Of a stretch of 60,975 bases of DNA, positions 8,344 through 16,767 are shown piece by piece. Each line of letters begins with the position of its first letter. The first letter of the stretch is position 1. The notes under the pieces are model-generated. The model saw only the letters and a program-made list of their open reading frames with translations, did not search any database and was not told where the DNA came from. Location of the stretch: positions 1 through 60,975 of the forward strand of contig JAHCRH010000002.1 of assembly GCA_020148025.1 (NCBI GenBank), given 5' to 3'. This stretch comes from Patescibacteria group bacterium. Lineage in GTDB: Bacteria; Patescibacteriota; Minisyncoccia; Minisyncoccales; JAHCRE01. A program made the translations under genes and the position numbers.

Positions 8344-8394
8344 GCAAGGCTCTTTTCCAATGGAAGTACAGCAACTTAACGTCAGGCATTTTAT

Positions 8395-8420
8395 GGCACA
8401 CCTCTGTGTGCCTGTTTTTT
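8395..8420. terminator. Bidirectional terminator between convergent genes
   Basis: GGCACAC-CTCT-GTGTGCC followed by a T-run. Same stem sequence as the two RNA-module terminators. Confidence 0.65.
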
Positions 8421-9375
8421 ATTCTCTTAGTTTTTTGCCACTATGAAATTTCCGATGGATTTCGCGCAATCTTTTACTTGTAACATGGGTGTAAATTTGG
8501 GTGCTGGTGATACTTCGATGGCCGAGGAATTCCTGAATAGTTCTTAAATCAACTCCTTGGGTCAAAAGATCCGTTGCCATGCTGTGACGAAGCGTGTGCG
8601 GCGTAGTAAAGATCGGGACACCGGCTAATATTGCATATTTTTTAACGATTCTTTCTATAGAACGAGCCGTTAAACGATTTTCTACACCTTTTCTGGCCCT
8701 ATAGTGAATAAATAGGGCTTTTACTTTATCTTTGCGAGTTTCTAAATATTGCTTAACCCAGGATAAGGCACGTTCTGAAAAATAGACGGTTCGAGGAGTA
8801 TCTCCTTTACCAATAATCGAAAGCTCCAAATCCTTTTTATCTCTTATGTTAGCGAATTGTTCTTTATTAAGGGCGACAAGTTCTGCTATTCTTAAGCCAG
8901 TCGAAAAAAAGGTCTCCAAAATAGCTCTGTCTCTTAAGCCAATCTTATTTTTCGTGTTAGGGGCTAATAAAAGCCGCTCAATCTGCTCTAGATTAAGGAA
9001 TTTAACGGTTTTTGCGCCTCTAGCGTCCTTTGGAAGCTTTATTTTGTCTGCCGGAAGTGAAACTATATCTTTGGCGGTAAAATAGCTTAAGAGGGCTCTC
9101 AGGGCGATTAAATAGTAGTTCTGGGTTATCTTTTTTAAAGGTTTGCCCTTATATGTGTGAAAACGGGATAAATATAAGCGGTAGTGCCAGATATCGTCTG
9201 TAGTCAGCTCGTGAGGCTTTAAATCTGCTTTATTTGTCTTTGTTAGCCAAGATTCGAATTTCCTAAGATAGCGCTTATAATTCTTTTGAGTATTATCTGA
9301 TAATCCTTTTTCTATCTCACAATAATCTAGAAAGTCGGGGATATGTTTTGTAATTGGTTTGTCAGATTTTTTCAT
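8419..9375 (-). CDS. Tyrosine site-specific recombinase (XerC/XerD-like integrase)
   Basis: Catalytic signature: GLRIAEL (Arg), HTLRHSMAT (H-x-x-R), LGHRSITSTQIYTHV (His, Tyr). N-terminal SAM-like core-binding domain. No IntI-type extra domain. Confidence 0.9.
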   Translation of the reverse strand: MKKSDKPITKHIPDFLDYCEIEKGLSDNTQKNYKRYLRKFESWLTKTNKADLKPHELTTDDIWHYRLYLSRFHTYKGKPLKKITQNYYLIALRALLSYFTAKDIVSLPADKIKLPKDARGAKTVKFLNLEQIERLLLAPNTKNKIGLRDRAILETFFSTGLRIAELVALNKEQFANIRDKKDLELSIIGKGDTPRTVYFSERALSWVKQYLETRKDKVKALFIHYRARKGVENRLTARSIERIVKKYAILAGVPIFTTPHTLRHSMATDLLTQGVDLRTIQEFLGHRSITSTQIYTHVTSKRLREIHRKFHSGKKLRE

Positions 9376-9387
9376 AAAAATATAAGA

Positions 9388-9429
9388 GCAGATTCTTGCG
9401 ACACTCGGGGGAGTGTCCGCAAAATCTGC
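9388..9429 (-). promoter_or_regulatory. Long hairpin in the recombinase 5' UTR
   Basis: GCAGATTCTTGCGACACTC-GGGG-GAGTGTCCGCAAAATCTGC: 19-nt arms with 1-2 mismatches, 13 nt upstream of the start codon. The arms contain an M-like TTGCGACAC. Confidence 0.5.
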
Positions 9430-9495
9430 GCCAGGTAAAGCGGGCTTATATCAGATAAGTCGATTTACCATCATTGTGCGACTATATCTATATTC

Positions 9496-9524
9496 ATAAT
9501 AAGGGGTCCAAAAAACCCTGTCAA
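9496..9524 (-). promoter_or_regulatory. Promoter of the recombinase gene (TTGACA-17-TATTAT)
   Basis: Minus-strand TTGACA at 9519-9524, 17-nt spacer, TATTAT at 9496-9501. An M-like motif (9475-9482) lies just downstream. Confidence 0.55.
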
Positions 9525-9632
9525 GTCCTCCCCCATCAAAAATACATGTCACTTTTTAGAAAGAACAAAAAAAGAGGGTCAATCCTTTTTGGAAAGCCCC
9601 TTGTTGACTTTCTTGGGAAGCTTTGTCTAGGC

Positions 9633-9848
9633 TTAGCAAGTTGTAATTTTTGCAATCTCCTTAAGCCGACCAGCTCCGCATAATCCTCGTTCTGCTTTGA
9701 AGGAGATTTTATCCCCTATCTTTATCTTAGTTATCCCTGCGCTCTTCAGACTCTCCTCGAGGATAAACCATTGGCCATGTCCTTCCCTTACATATACTCC
9801 CAATCCTGGTTTTATTTCTGTGACTTCTCCTTCTACTTTTCTTTCCAT
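9633..9848 (-). CDS. Hypothetical protein (71 aa)
   Basis: SD GGAGGTG 6 nt upstream of the ATG, plus a consensus promoter. Confidence 0.55.
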   Translation of the reverse strand: MERKVEGEVTEIKPGLGVYVREGHGQWFILEESLKSAGITKIKIGDKISFKAERGLCGAGRLKEIAKITTC

Positions 9849-9878
9849 TCTTTCACCTCCATTTTTTTGTGCTTCTAT

Positions 9879-9907
9879 TATATATACTCAAATAAAAAAT
9901 TTGTCAA
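9879..9907 (-). promoter_or_regulatory. Promoter (TTGACA-17-TATATA) with a tandemly duplicated -35 region
   Basis: Minus-strand TTGACA at 9902-9907 and again at 9920-9925, inside an 18-nt tandem duplication (AAAAATTTGTCAAGA-like unit, 9895-9930). Confidence 0.5.
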
Positions 9908-10039
9908 GAATAAAAAATTTGTCAAGATTAAACTAAAACCGTTAGTTCTTTACCCATCCGTAGCTTTAGCGGAGGAGGGCCTACCCCAACGGTTTTTTAT
10001 CGCATAATAAATATCGCACAATATAAACGCCGGGGAATG

Positions 10040-10438
10040 TTATTTAAATAATTCGCTCAGCGTTGCTGCGGCGCTCGGAGTATAATCCAATCCTTTCCAG
10101 TCATCTTTAGAAACCCATCTAAATTCAGTATGATCTTCATCTAATATAACTTCTCCGCTAATCGATTCAGCTCTAAAAGCATACACGGCTGTTTTGGTAT
10201 TTTCTTTCTTTCCGTGGGAATAGTAAAAAACATAAGAATAATCATCTAGGAGTTCTATTTCTAAATTAGTTTCTTCTTTTGCCTCCCTTTTTGCTGCCTG
10301 TTCTAAGCTTTCCTCGGTTTTAACATTTCCACCAGGTAGATTCCAGAGATTTGGAGAAACTTTGGAACGCGAGCTTCTTTTTAAAATAAGTACTCTATTT
10401 CGATTATCCGTAATAACAATGTTAACGCCTTTTTTCAT
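10040..10438 (-). CDS. NUDIX hydrolase
   Basis: Nudix box GGNVKTEESLEQAAKREAKEETNL. Confidence 0.85.
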   Translation of the reverse strand: MKKGVNIVITDNRNRVLILKRSSRSKVSPNLWNLPGGNVKTEESLEQAAKREAKEETNLEIELLDDYSYVFYYSHGKKENTKTAVYAFRAESISGEVILDEDHTEFRWVSKDDWKGLDYTPSAAATLSELFK

Positions 10439-10444
10439 ATTCTA

Positions 10445-10478
10445 ATTCTACCAAAAAATCGCCGTCCAGGCGATTTTT
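10445..10478 (-). repeat. A-family terminator-promoter module (representative)
   Basis: The minus strand reads AAAAATCGCC-loop-GGCGATTTTTTGGTAGAAT. Other copies: 11292-11320, 12839-12868, 13916-13950, 16046-16080, 18629-18666, 19379-19407, 24907-24937, 25667-25696, 46768-46798, 47786-47820, 48109-48139. Confidence 0.8.
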
Positions 10479-10496
10479 GATATATCTCTTAAAGTT

Positions 10497-11153
10497 TTAT
10501 TCTTTTCCTAAGCGTTTATAATTCCTTTTATAATTTCGTGGATTTTTAAGATAATTATCAATGGCTTTGACATAATCACTTGGTCTTTGATCTGCTTTCA
10601 CGTAGTAATCTTCCATCCCCGCATCTATGGCATCCTCAATCGTTGTTTCCGCGTCAAGAATGCCAAGTGCGATTATAGGGATATCTTTAGTTTTTTCATC
10701 TTTTTTTAACAACTTTGTCACTTCAATACCATTAATACCGGGCAAAATAATATCCATGGAAATAATATCTGGTTTTTCTTCAGCGATCTCTCGCACTAAT
10801 TCTTCAGAGCCAGAATCAAATGTTTTAATTTCAAACCCAGCCTTTTGAAATTTCTCTGTAAAAATATCTCTAATGAAAGGGTCGTCTTCAATCATTATAA
10901 TTTTCTTACCATTGCTGGTAGCAATTTTCTTCTTTGGTGGTTTTGATCTTTCCAGTGGTTTTTCTTCGGGTTTTCTCTTCGCTTCTTTAAACTCTATTGG
11001 CTTTGGTTTTTCGTATTCAATCGGGCGCCTTACTAATTCAGTCTCTAACTTTTCGATCCTTTCCTTGAATCCAGAAATCTCTCTCGAACGAGAGATTATA
11101 ATATAAATCAGACAAATAACTATTACTATTAAGATAATCTCGAATATGGTCAT
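10497..11153 (-). CDS. Membrane-anchored response-regulator receiver protein
   Basis: N-terminal TM helix, then a charged linker and a REC domain (IIMIEDDPFI ... DIISMDIILPGINGIE ... PIIALG). No output domain. Confidence 0.8.
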   Translation of the reverse strand: MTIFEIILIVIVICLIYIIISRSREISGFKERIEKLETELVRRPIEYEKPKPIEFKEAKRKPEEKPLERSKPPKKKIATSNGKKIIMIEDDPFIRDIFTEKFQKAGFEIKTFDSGSEELVREIAEEKPDIISMDIILPGINGIEVTKLLKKDEKTKDIPIIALGILDAETTIEDAIDAGMEDYYVKADQRPSDYVKAIDNYLKNPRNYKRNYKRLGKE

Positions 11154-11478
11154 CTTTATTTGCTTTTACGCCTTTTAAGGCTTGCCTAAGCTACCTTCTT
11201 GCCTCATTTTAACTTATTTCCAAGAATTTTCCCAGTATTTTTATACCCTATTATACCGCGTCCGCCCGAAGCTCGCAAGGAGCGAAGGAGGACCAAAAAA
11301 TCGCCTTTCAGGCGACTTTTAATCAGGGCCGAACTCCTGTCAAGTGGAAAAATACCACTCCCCTACAGATTCCACACTGACAAAAAACTAAAAGAATAAG
11401 GAATAAAAAAATAGGCGCACCGAAGTGTACCTTTGATTATGAAGATCTAAGTTGTTAAAGGTGCTATGAGAAAAGACT

Positions 11479-11829
11479 TTATGGAAGGAATCGTATCCGT
11501 TCAAATCCTGCTTTGAATGCCGCGAAAAATTCTTCGATTTCTTTTTCGTTTAAAGGTCCGTATCTGGCATCAAGGGTTCCTGTTATGTTAGTAGAGGTTA
11601 TTGTTATGTCAATTGAAGCATCATAAGGAGGTTTGAAAACTACCTTTATTTCCTCTTCACCTGATTCATTCACTATGGATTTGATGCTATTTACTATCCC
11701 AGATAGATTAGGTGAACCAGTAACAACATGGCTGAAAGGTTCTTCTTTCATATGGAATTCCTTGTATTCTCTTCGAGTTCCATCCTCATTAACTACCGCG
11801 AATATCCAGAATATTTTCATCTCTATCAC
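11479..11829 (-). CDS. Hypothetical protein (116 aa)
   Basis: ORF with its own consensus promoter. Its 3' tail ATAGCACCTTTAACAAC...terminator resembles the tail of the two RNA modules. Confidence 0.5.
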   Translation of the reverse strand: MIEMKIFWIFAVVNEDGTRREYKEFHMKEEPFSHVVTGSPNLSGIVNSIKSIVNESGEEEIKVVFKPPYDASIDITITSTNITGTLDARYGPLNEKEIEEFFAAFKAGFERIRFLP

Positions 11830-11842
11830 TTCCTATGTTCAA

Positions 11843-11871
11843 ATCATACCAAATCAAATTTAATTTGTCAA
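11843..11871 (-). promoter_or_regulatory. Promoter (TTGACA-17-TATGAT)
   Basis: Minus-strand TTGACA at 11866-11871 and TATGAT at 11843-11848. A C-family hairpin (11890-11912) and an M motif (11932-11940) lie upstream. Confidence 0.55.
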
Positions 11872-12109
11872 TATTAAATAATTAAAAAACCGTTAGTTCC
11901 CTACCCTAACAGTTTTCTCTCACCTATGAAATGTCGCACAATATTAAGATAAAAATAAAAATTGCCCAGCGCTGGGCTTTTTTGGTTTCTGCTCCATCTG
12001 TGCGACGATGTTAGAACCTGTTTTATTTATAGATTGTAAAAATAAAATCCCTCAAAATCGAGAGATTTTATTAAATCAAGGAAAAACGAAAAAGAAAAAG
12101 GGAATTCAT

Positions 12110-12406
12110 TTATTCGTAGGCTTCGCACTTATACATGTAGCCTGGCATCCAGCTTGATGACAACCAACCATCTCCATCATTCTGTCCTTCTAGTTTGTAT
12201 ACACAATGCAATTCTCTATTGCCGGTTATCCAAAGCTGGAAACCATCGTCTCCGGTCCAAAGTCTTAATAGGGTCTCGCCATTTGTGTAAGGAATAACTT
12301 TTAACTTCTTGTTCTTAGATTTCCATGGCCCTGGCTGTGCCATCGCTGTTCCTGCTAATGTCGCCAAAAAAACTACTATTACTCCAAATAAAATTAATTT
12401 TTTCAT
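12110..12406 (-). CDS. Small secreted protein (signal peptide)
   Basis: MKKLILFGVIVVFLATLAGTAMA, then a mature W/G-rich domain. Confidence 0.6.
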   Translation of the reverse strand: MKKLILFGVIVVFLATLAGTAMAQPGPWKSKNKKLKVIPYTNGETLLRLWTGDDGFQLWITGNRELHCVYKLEGQNDGDGWLSSSWMPGYMYKCEAYE

Positions 12407-12518
12407 ATTTTTACAATTAATTATGTATTAGATTCTCGACCTTTCCACTTTAATATTACTATCAGTTTTTGAAAAGTTCAAGGAAAAATAAAAATTGCCC
12501 AGCGCTGGGCTTTTTGAT

Positions 12519-12788
12519 TTATTTTTCCCAATATTCTTCGGCTTCTTTTTCCATTTTCTCTAATCTCGTATAGTAATCTGGAAATTCATTCAGGTGAGCA
12601 AGGGCAATCTTTCCAGTCATTAATGGATCATCATCAGTAACATTAGTGTTGGGGTCACAAGTGCCGTGTTCTAATTCTACGTCCATTCCCATTCTAAATT
12701 GCTCAACATCAAATTTTGACCAGTCAATCCCTAATTCCTCGCCAATTTTTTTAGCTTCTTCAGTTGTAAAATGTTTTTTAGGTTCCAT
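12519..12788 (-). CDS. DUF5661-like protein
   Basis: GMDVELEHG...VTDDD...KIALAHLNEFPDYYTRLEKME is the pattern I associate with DUF5661. The family name is from memory and unverified. Confidence 0.6.
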   Translation of the reverse strand: MEPKKHFTTEEAKKIGEELGIDWSKFDVEQFRMGMDVELEHGTCDPNTNVTDDDPLMTGKIALAHLNEFPDYYTRLEKMEKEAEEYWEK

Positions 12789-12868
12789 AGTTATTATTAC
12801 CTTTATTTGTTTTGACCTTTTTGTGTATTCTATATTTTATTCTACCAAAAAACCGCCTTCTTAGCGAT

Positions 12869-13444
12869 TTATTGTTCTTCGTATTTTACTTCTTCCGGAA
12901 ATAGTAGTTGAAATGGGTAACCTACATAGTTTCTCTTTATTTTCCCGCACCCTATATTCTTGAGAAAATTTATCATTTCTTCTGTAACTTTTTTCGGATT
13001 TACCTTTTTATTTTTGCCGATATATTCAATTTCTACAAAATCTCCCAGTTCTTTTACTGAATCTATCGAAATTTCATAATTTTTATATACCCACACCTTT
13101 CTTATTTTGTCGACTTTTACGAGCGACTGAAAATTAAGAGCCTCTAATATCTTTTTCAATTGAATTAAATTTTCTATTTCGGTTTCATATTCATCACAAT
13201 GATAACTTCTCCCATCTTTATCAAAATACCAGTTCTTGTAATTTATAAAATATTTACCACCTGAATCTCTTAATCTCAACCATTCGTTTACGGGACGAAC
13301 CGCAATAAAATTCCGATGAGCTGGAGAGAAATATTCATCTACCTGATGTTTTTCTGATTTAAATTCAGCATTCTTTTTTAAAAATTCTATCAACGGTTTA
13401 CTATTTTCAATATTAACTTGGATTTCAATTTCAACATTATTCAT
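12869..13444 (-). CDS. CYTH-domain protein (triphosphate tunnel metalloenzyme / class IV adenylate cyclase-like)
   Basis: N-terminal VEIEIQ (ExExK-like), WLRLRD, VDKIRKVWVY, GDFVEIEY. Confidence 0.65.
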   Translation of the reverse strand: MNNVEIEIQVNIENSKPLIEFLKKNAEFKSEKHQVDEYFSPAHRNFIAVRPVNEWLRLRDSGGKYFINYKNWYFDKDGRSYHCDEYETEIENLIQLKKILEALNFQSLVKVDKIRKVWVYKNYEISIDSVKELGDFVEIEYIGKNKKVNPKKVTEEMINFLKNIGCGKIKRNYVGYPFQLLFPEEVKYEEQ

Positions 13445-13542
13445 ATTTTTATATTAAATTCCCCTTCCAGCCCGAACTTACAAGAATTGTTAGGATACTG
13501 TCATAACTTAAGGAGGAGTTTATCGAGTAAGTGACCTGAGAT

Positions 13543-13851
13543 TTATTCCGATGGCATTTTCCCGAACTGCACATCCAGTTTTTTCTTAACTTTCTCAAAA
13601 CAGTTATTGAGATCAACTCCAAGATTGTTTGCTAAAGCACTTGTTACAAATAGGATATCTCCAATTTCTACTTCAATATCAAAATCTTCTGGTTTTTTAT
13701 GTTTCTTATGACCTTCTTTAATAGATAGAACCTCTCCAACTTCACCCACTTCTTCAACTAACCTCGCAAAATAATTCCACTTTGTCCAATCCATTTCTCC
13801 GATTATCCTAATCCATTTATCTACATATTCTTGTAATTCTTTAAGGTCCAT
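13543..13851 (-). CDS. MazG-like nucleotide pyrophosphohydrolase
   Basis: LVEEVGEVGEVL ... EVEIGDILFVTSALANNLGVDL (EExxE ... ExxD metal motifs). Confidence 0.7.
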   Translation of the reverse strand: MDLKELQEYVDKWIRIIGEMDWTKWNYFARLVEEVGEVGEVLSIKEGHKKHKKPEDFDIEVEIGDILFVTSALANNLGVDLNNCFEKVKKKLDVQFGKMPSE

Positions 13852-13989
13852 ATTATTTTCTTAAATTTCAAAGATGCTAACTCGACCTTTTATTTTTTAA
13901 ACTTTTCGTCATCTCATTCTACCAAAAAATCGCCGTTTAGGCGATTTTTTATGTGAAAATTATACCTCTGGGGATAATTTATTTCTAGA

Positions 13990-15396
13990 TTATAAACAAA
14001 GTTCGCTTGAAAAATCTTGATGACCACGACCTAGTTGACATTTGTACTCTATCAAAACCACTTCTCCTAATTCCCAAGCATTATTTACATGATGAGCTCG
14101 GGCAATTTTCTTTGTAGCTTGCACAGAATCATCCCTCATTCCTTCATAAATAGCTTGCACATACCACACACCATCTTTTCCATCTAACACATTGACGGTA
14201 AGCCTTTCACAATCAACTAAAGTGCAATCTCCCCAATTTTCCTTTATTAGGGCGGTAGCAGTGTCTTGAAACAAAGGTTCTCTAGAAATTTCTTTAAGTT
14301 TTTCATTCTCGATTCTTAAATATTTTGTTTTTCCGACTGAGGATTGAACAGAAAATGGTTCCCAGGGCATTCGGTCAGCGTAATTGTGCAAAATAAGACC
14401 ATTTTCTATATGCGTGTCTTTTGGAGCGATGCGGTCGCCCAAAAGAACTGCATTCGTTCCCTTGTATCCACCATCAATCTTGAGAGCTACTGCGATGTAA
14501 TAGAATGTCCCGCTTCCACCCGGATCGTATGTTAAAAGCACAACAGCATCATCCACCCCATCTCCATTTACGTCACCAATAGTCGGCTCGCCGAAAATTC
14601 TCATTTTTATTTTAGTTGCTGCACCAGGAACTATTTCTTGTTCTGAATATCCGTCTTCGAGAGTTATTAGTTCTTCATCAATAATATAGGTGCTATTTAA
14701 AGGGTCAACTCCCAAAGGTATCTCTAACTTGCCGCAATTGACATCTACATCTCTTTTTTCAGGCTCTGGTGGAATCCATTGACCTGTTGCTTCTCTATGT
14801 CCAGTAGCACCTTTTACAACAGCACAGACAATCTGCTCTTTTTTATATCCCACTAGTTCTGAGATAGTACCGGCAGCTACATTATAGAGATCTTTCTTAA
14901 AACCTTTATTCTTGAGAAACTCTTCAACTTTTGCCTCTTGTTCTATTGATATACCTATTGCCTCAGTTCTCTTTCCTTTAATATTCACATCTTGGACTGT
15001 TGGAGTTACTTTTGCAATCCACCTAAATTCAACTGGTTTTATTTCTGAAAAATCTATCCCGGTCTCTTGTTTAAGGTCTTCAAGAAGATTCGAAACTTCA
15101 TCTAGGGATAGGCATTCGCTCCCATCAAAACATTTATCGGGTCCGCAATCGCAAACTTTCACTTCGTGGCTGTATTCTGGTGAACAACCGCAAGGACCAA
15201 TAAGACAGGTGTTAGGAAAATCACCGGTTGTGTTGCAACATAAGGATGTGGAGATTTTCCCTCCAGAATTTATGCAAGCTTTTTCTTTTTCAGTTAATGC
15301 TTTGGGTTCTGATTTTACTTGAAGGTACCAATAAACTAATCCCACAAAAACAATTGCGATAATAATTATAATGATTATTTTAGACATTTTAGACAC
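13990..15396 (-). CDS. Secreted or anchored protein with a 10-Cys module and an FG-GAP/VCBS-like motif
   Basis: N-terminal TM/signal segment. Cys module at aa 41-98. GDVNGDGVDDAVV is a calcium-binding repeat motif. Confidence 0.65.
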   Translation of the reverse strand: MSKMSKIIIIIIIAIVFVGLVYWYLQVKSEPKALTEKEKACINSGGKISTSLCCNTTGDFPNTCLIGPCGCSPEYSHEVKVCDCGPDKCFDGSECLSLDEVSNLLEDLKQETGIDFSEIKPVEFRWIAKVTPTVQDVNIKGKRTEAIGISIEQEAKVEEFLKNKGFKKDLYNVAAGTISELVGYKKEQIVCAVVKGATGHREATGQWIPPEPEKRDVDVNCGKLEIPLGVDPLNSTYIIDEELITLEDGYSEQEIVPGAATKIKMRIFGEPTIGDVNGDGVDDAVVLLTYDPGGSGTFYYIAVALKIDGGYKGTNAVLLGDRIAPKDTHIENGLILHNYADRMPWEPFSVQSSVGKTKYLRIENEKLKEISREPLFQDTATALIKENWGDCTLVDCERLTVNVLDGKDGVWYVQAIYEGMRDDSVQATKKIARAHHVNNAWELGEVVLIEYKCQLGRGHQDFSSELCL

Positions 15397-15569
15397 ATAG
15401 TTATTAAGAGAAATTTCTGATAATGAGACCAGACGCTGATTTGATGTTTTAATTATAGCTTTAAAACATGAACTTTCTATGAAGAAAATTTCAAATAAAA
15501 AACGGGTAGTTCCCCACCTTAACGGTTTTCTCTTGGGCGGCGGGCGGAGATTAAAAGTTTACCGAAAAA

Positions 15570-16013
15570 CTAAAATGTTTTATACCAATCTTGAGGGTCT
15601 ATACTTGTAATTGTTTGTCCAGCTTCTACTGTAACTAAAACTGGCTCGTGAGATAAGCAATCGGGATTAAAGCCACAGGTAACAAATTCAGAATAATAAG
15701 CTTTATATCCTTTTATCATCTCGGTAGTTGCGGAAACATAATAATTGCCAGCTGGAACTTCAACTTTGTAACCTTCCCCATATGTATATTTACTATCCTT
15801 TATGTGTTCCTCTGTACAATACAATTCTTCTGTTTCAACATTTTCTGCGCATACTTTCATGTCAGGAGGGATAAACTCACTTGGATAACTCAAAGAGCCC
15901 TCAATTGTACCAAAGCGAGTTTCTTCTTTAGGTGTTGAGACCGCCTGATAGATCCAATAACCTAATCCGGCAACAATAATTACAACGATTATTACAATTA
16001 TTACTTTAGACAT
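15570..16013 (-). CDS. Membrane-anchored hypothetical protein
   Basis: N-terminal TM segment MSKVIIVIIVVIIVAGLGYWIY, the same style of anchor as the neighbouring gene. Confidence 0.55.
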   Translation of the reverse strand: MSKVIIVIIVVIIVAGLGYWIYQAVSTPKEETRFGTIEGSLSYPSEFIPPDMKVCAENVETEELYCTEEHIKDSKYTYGEGYKVEVPAGNYYVSATTEMIKGYKAYYSEFVTCGFNPDCLSHEPVLVTVEAGQTITSIDPQDWYKTF

Positions 16014-16126
16014 AATGTTGTTCGGTCAATTAAGTAACTTTTTTTATTCTATTAAAAAATCGCCAAGAAGGTATTTTTTGGGTAGAGATAGAAACACCTA
16101 TAATTTATTAATTCAATGAATCTAAT

Positions 16127-16684
16127 TTAAAATTTTACTTTAGGGGTTTCTCTTTCTTCCTCTTCTTCGATTTCGAAAAATTCAGCCTTTTTAAAATCAA
16201 ACAGCCCGGCTACTAAATTGTAAGGAAACTGTTCTTGTTTAATGTTAAAATTTCTTACATTACCATTGTAAAACTTTCGAGCTGCTTGAATTTTGTTTTC
16301 AGTATCAGTTAAATCTCCCTGAAGGTTTTGAAAGTTTTCTGAAGCTCTCAGTGTAGGGTAGTTTTCAGCCACTGCAAATAAAGTTTTTAAAGCCCCAGCT
16401 AATCCTCTTTCTGCTTCACCTGCTTCAGCGGGAGTTTTAGCGGCCAACGCCCTTGCTCTGGCTTCGGTTACTTTTTCAAAAACTCCTCTCTCGTGAGTTG
16501 CGTATCCTTTAACCGTTTCTACCAAATTAGGGATAAGATCGTATCTTCTCTTCAACTGAACATCGATACCAGCCCAGGCTTCTTTGGTTCTGTTCTTTAA
16601 ACTAATCAATCCATTATAAGCGGAAATGACCCAGCCGATGATTAAAACAATAAAGCCAATGATAACCCAAATAACAAAAGACAT
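16127..16684 (-). CDS. lemA: LemA family protein
   Basis: TM helix plus NGLISLKNRTKEAWAGIDVQLKRRYDLIPNLVETVKGYATHE. Confidence 0.88.
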   Translation of the reverse strand: MSFVIWVIIGFIVLIIGWVISAYNGLISLKNRTKEAWAGIDVQLKRRYDLIPNLVETVKGYATHERGVFEKVTEARARALAAKTPAEAGEAERGLAGALKTLFAVAENYPTLRASENFQNLQGDLTDTENKIQAARKFYNGNVRNFNIKQEQFPYNLVAGLFDFKKAEFFEIEEEEERETPKVKF

Positions 16685-16767
16685 AATTTTAAATTAATAA
16701 TATTAATTTTTTACAGTCGACCTTATTTTAATTAGATCAAAAGTCATAATTTTCTTTATAGGTAAAT

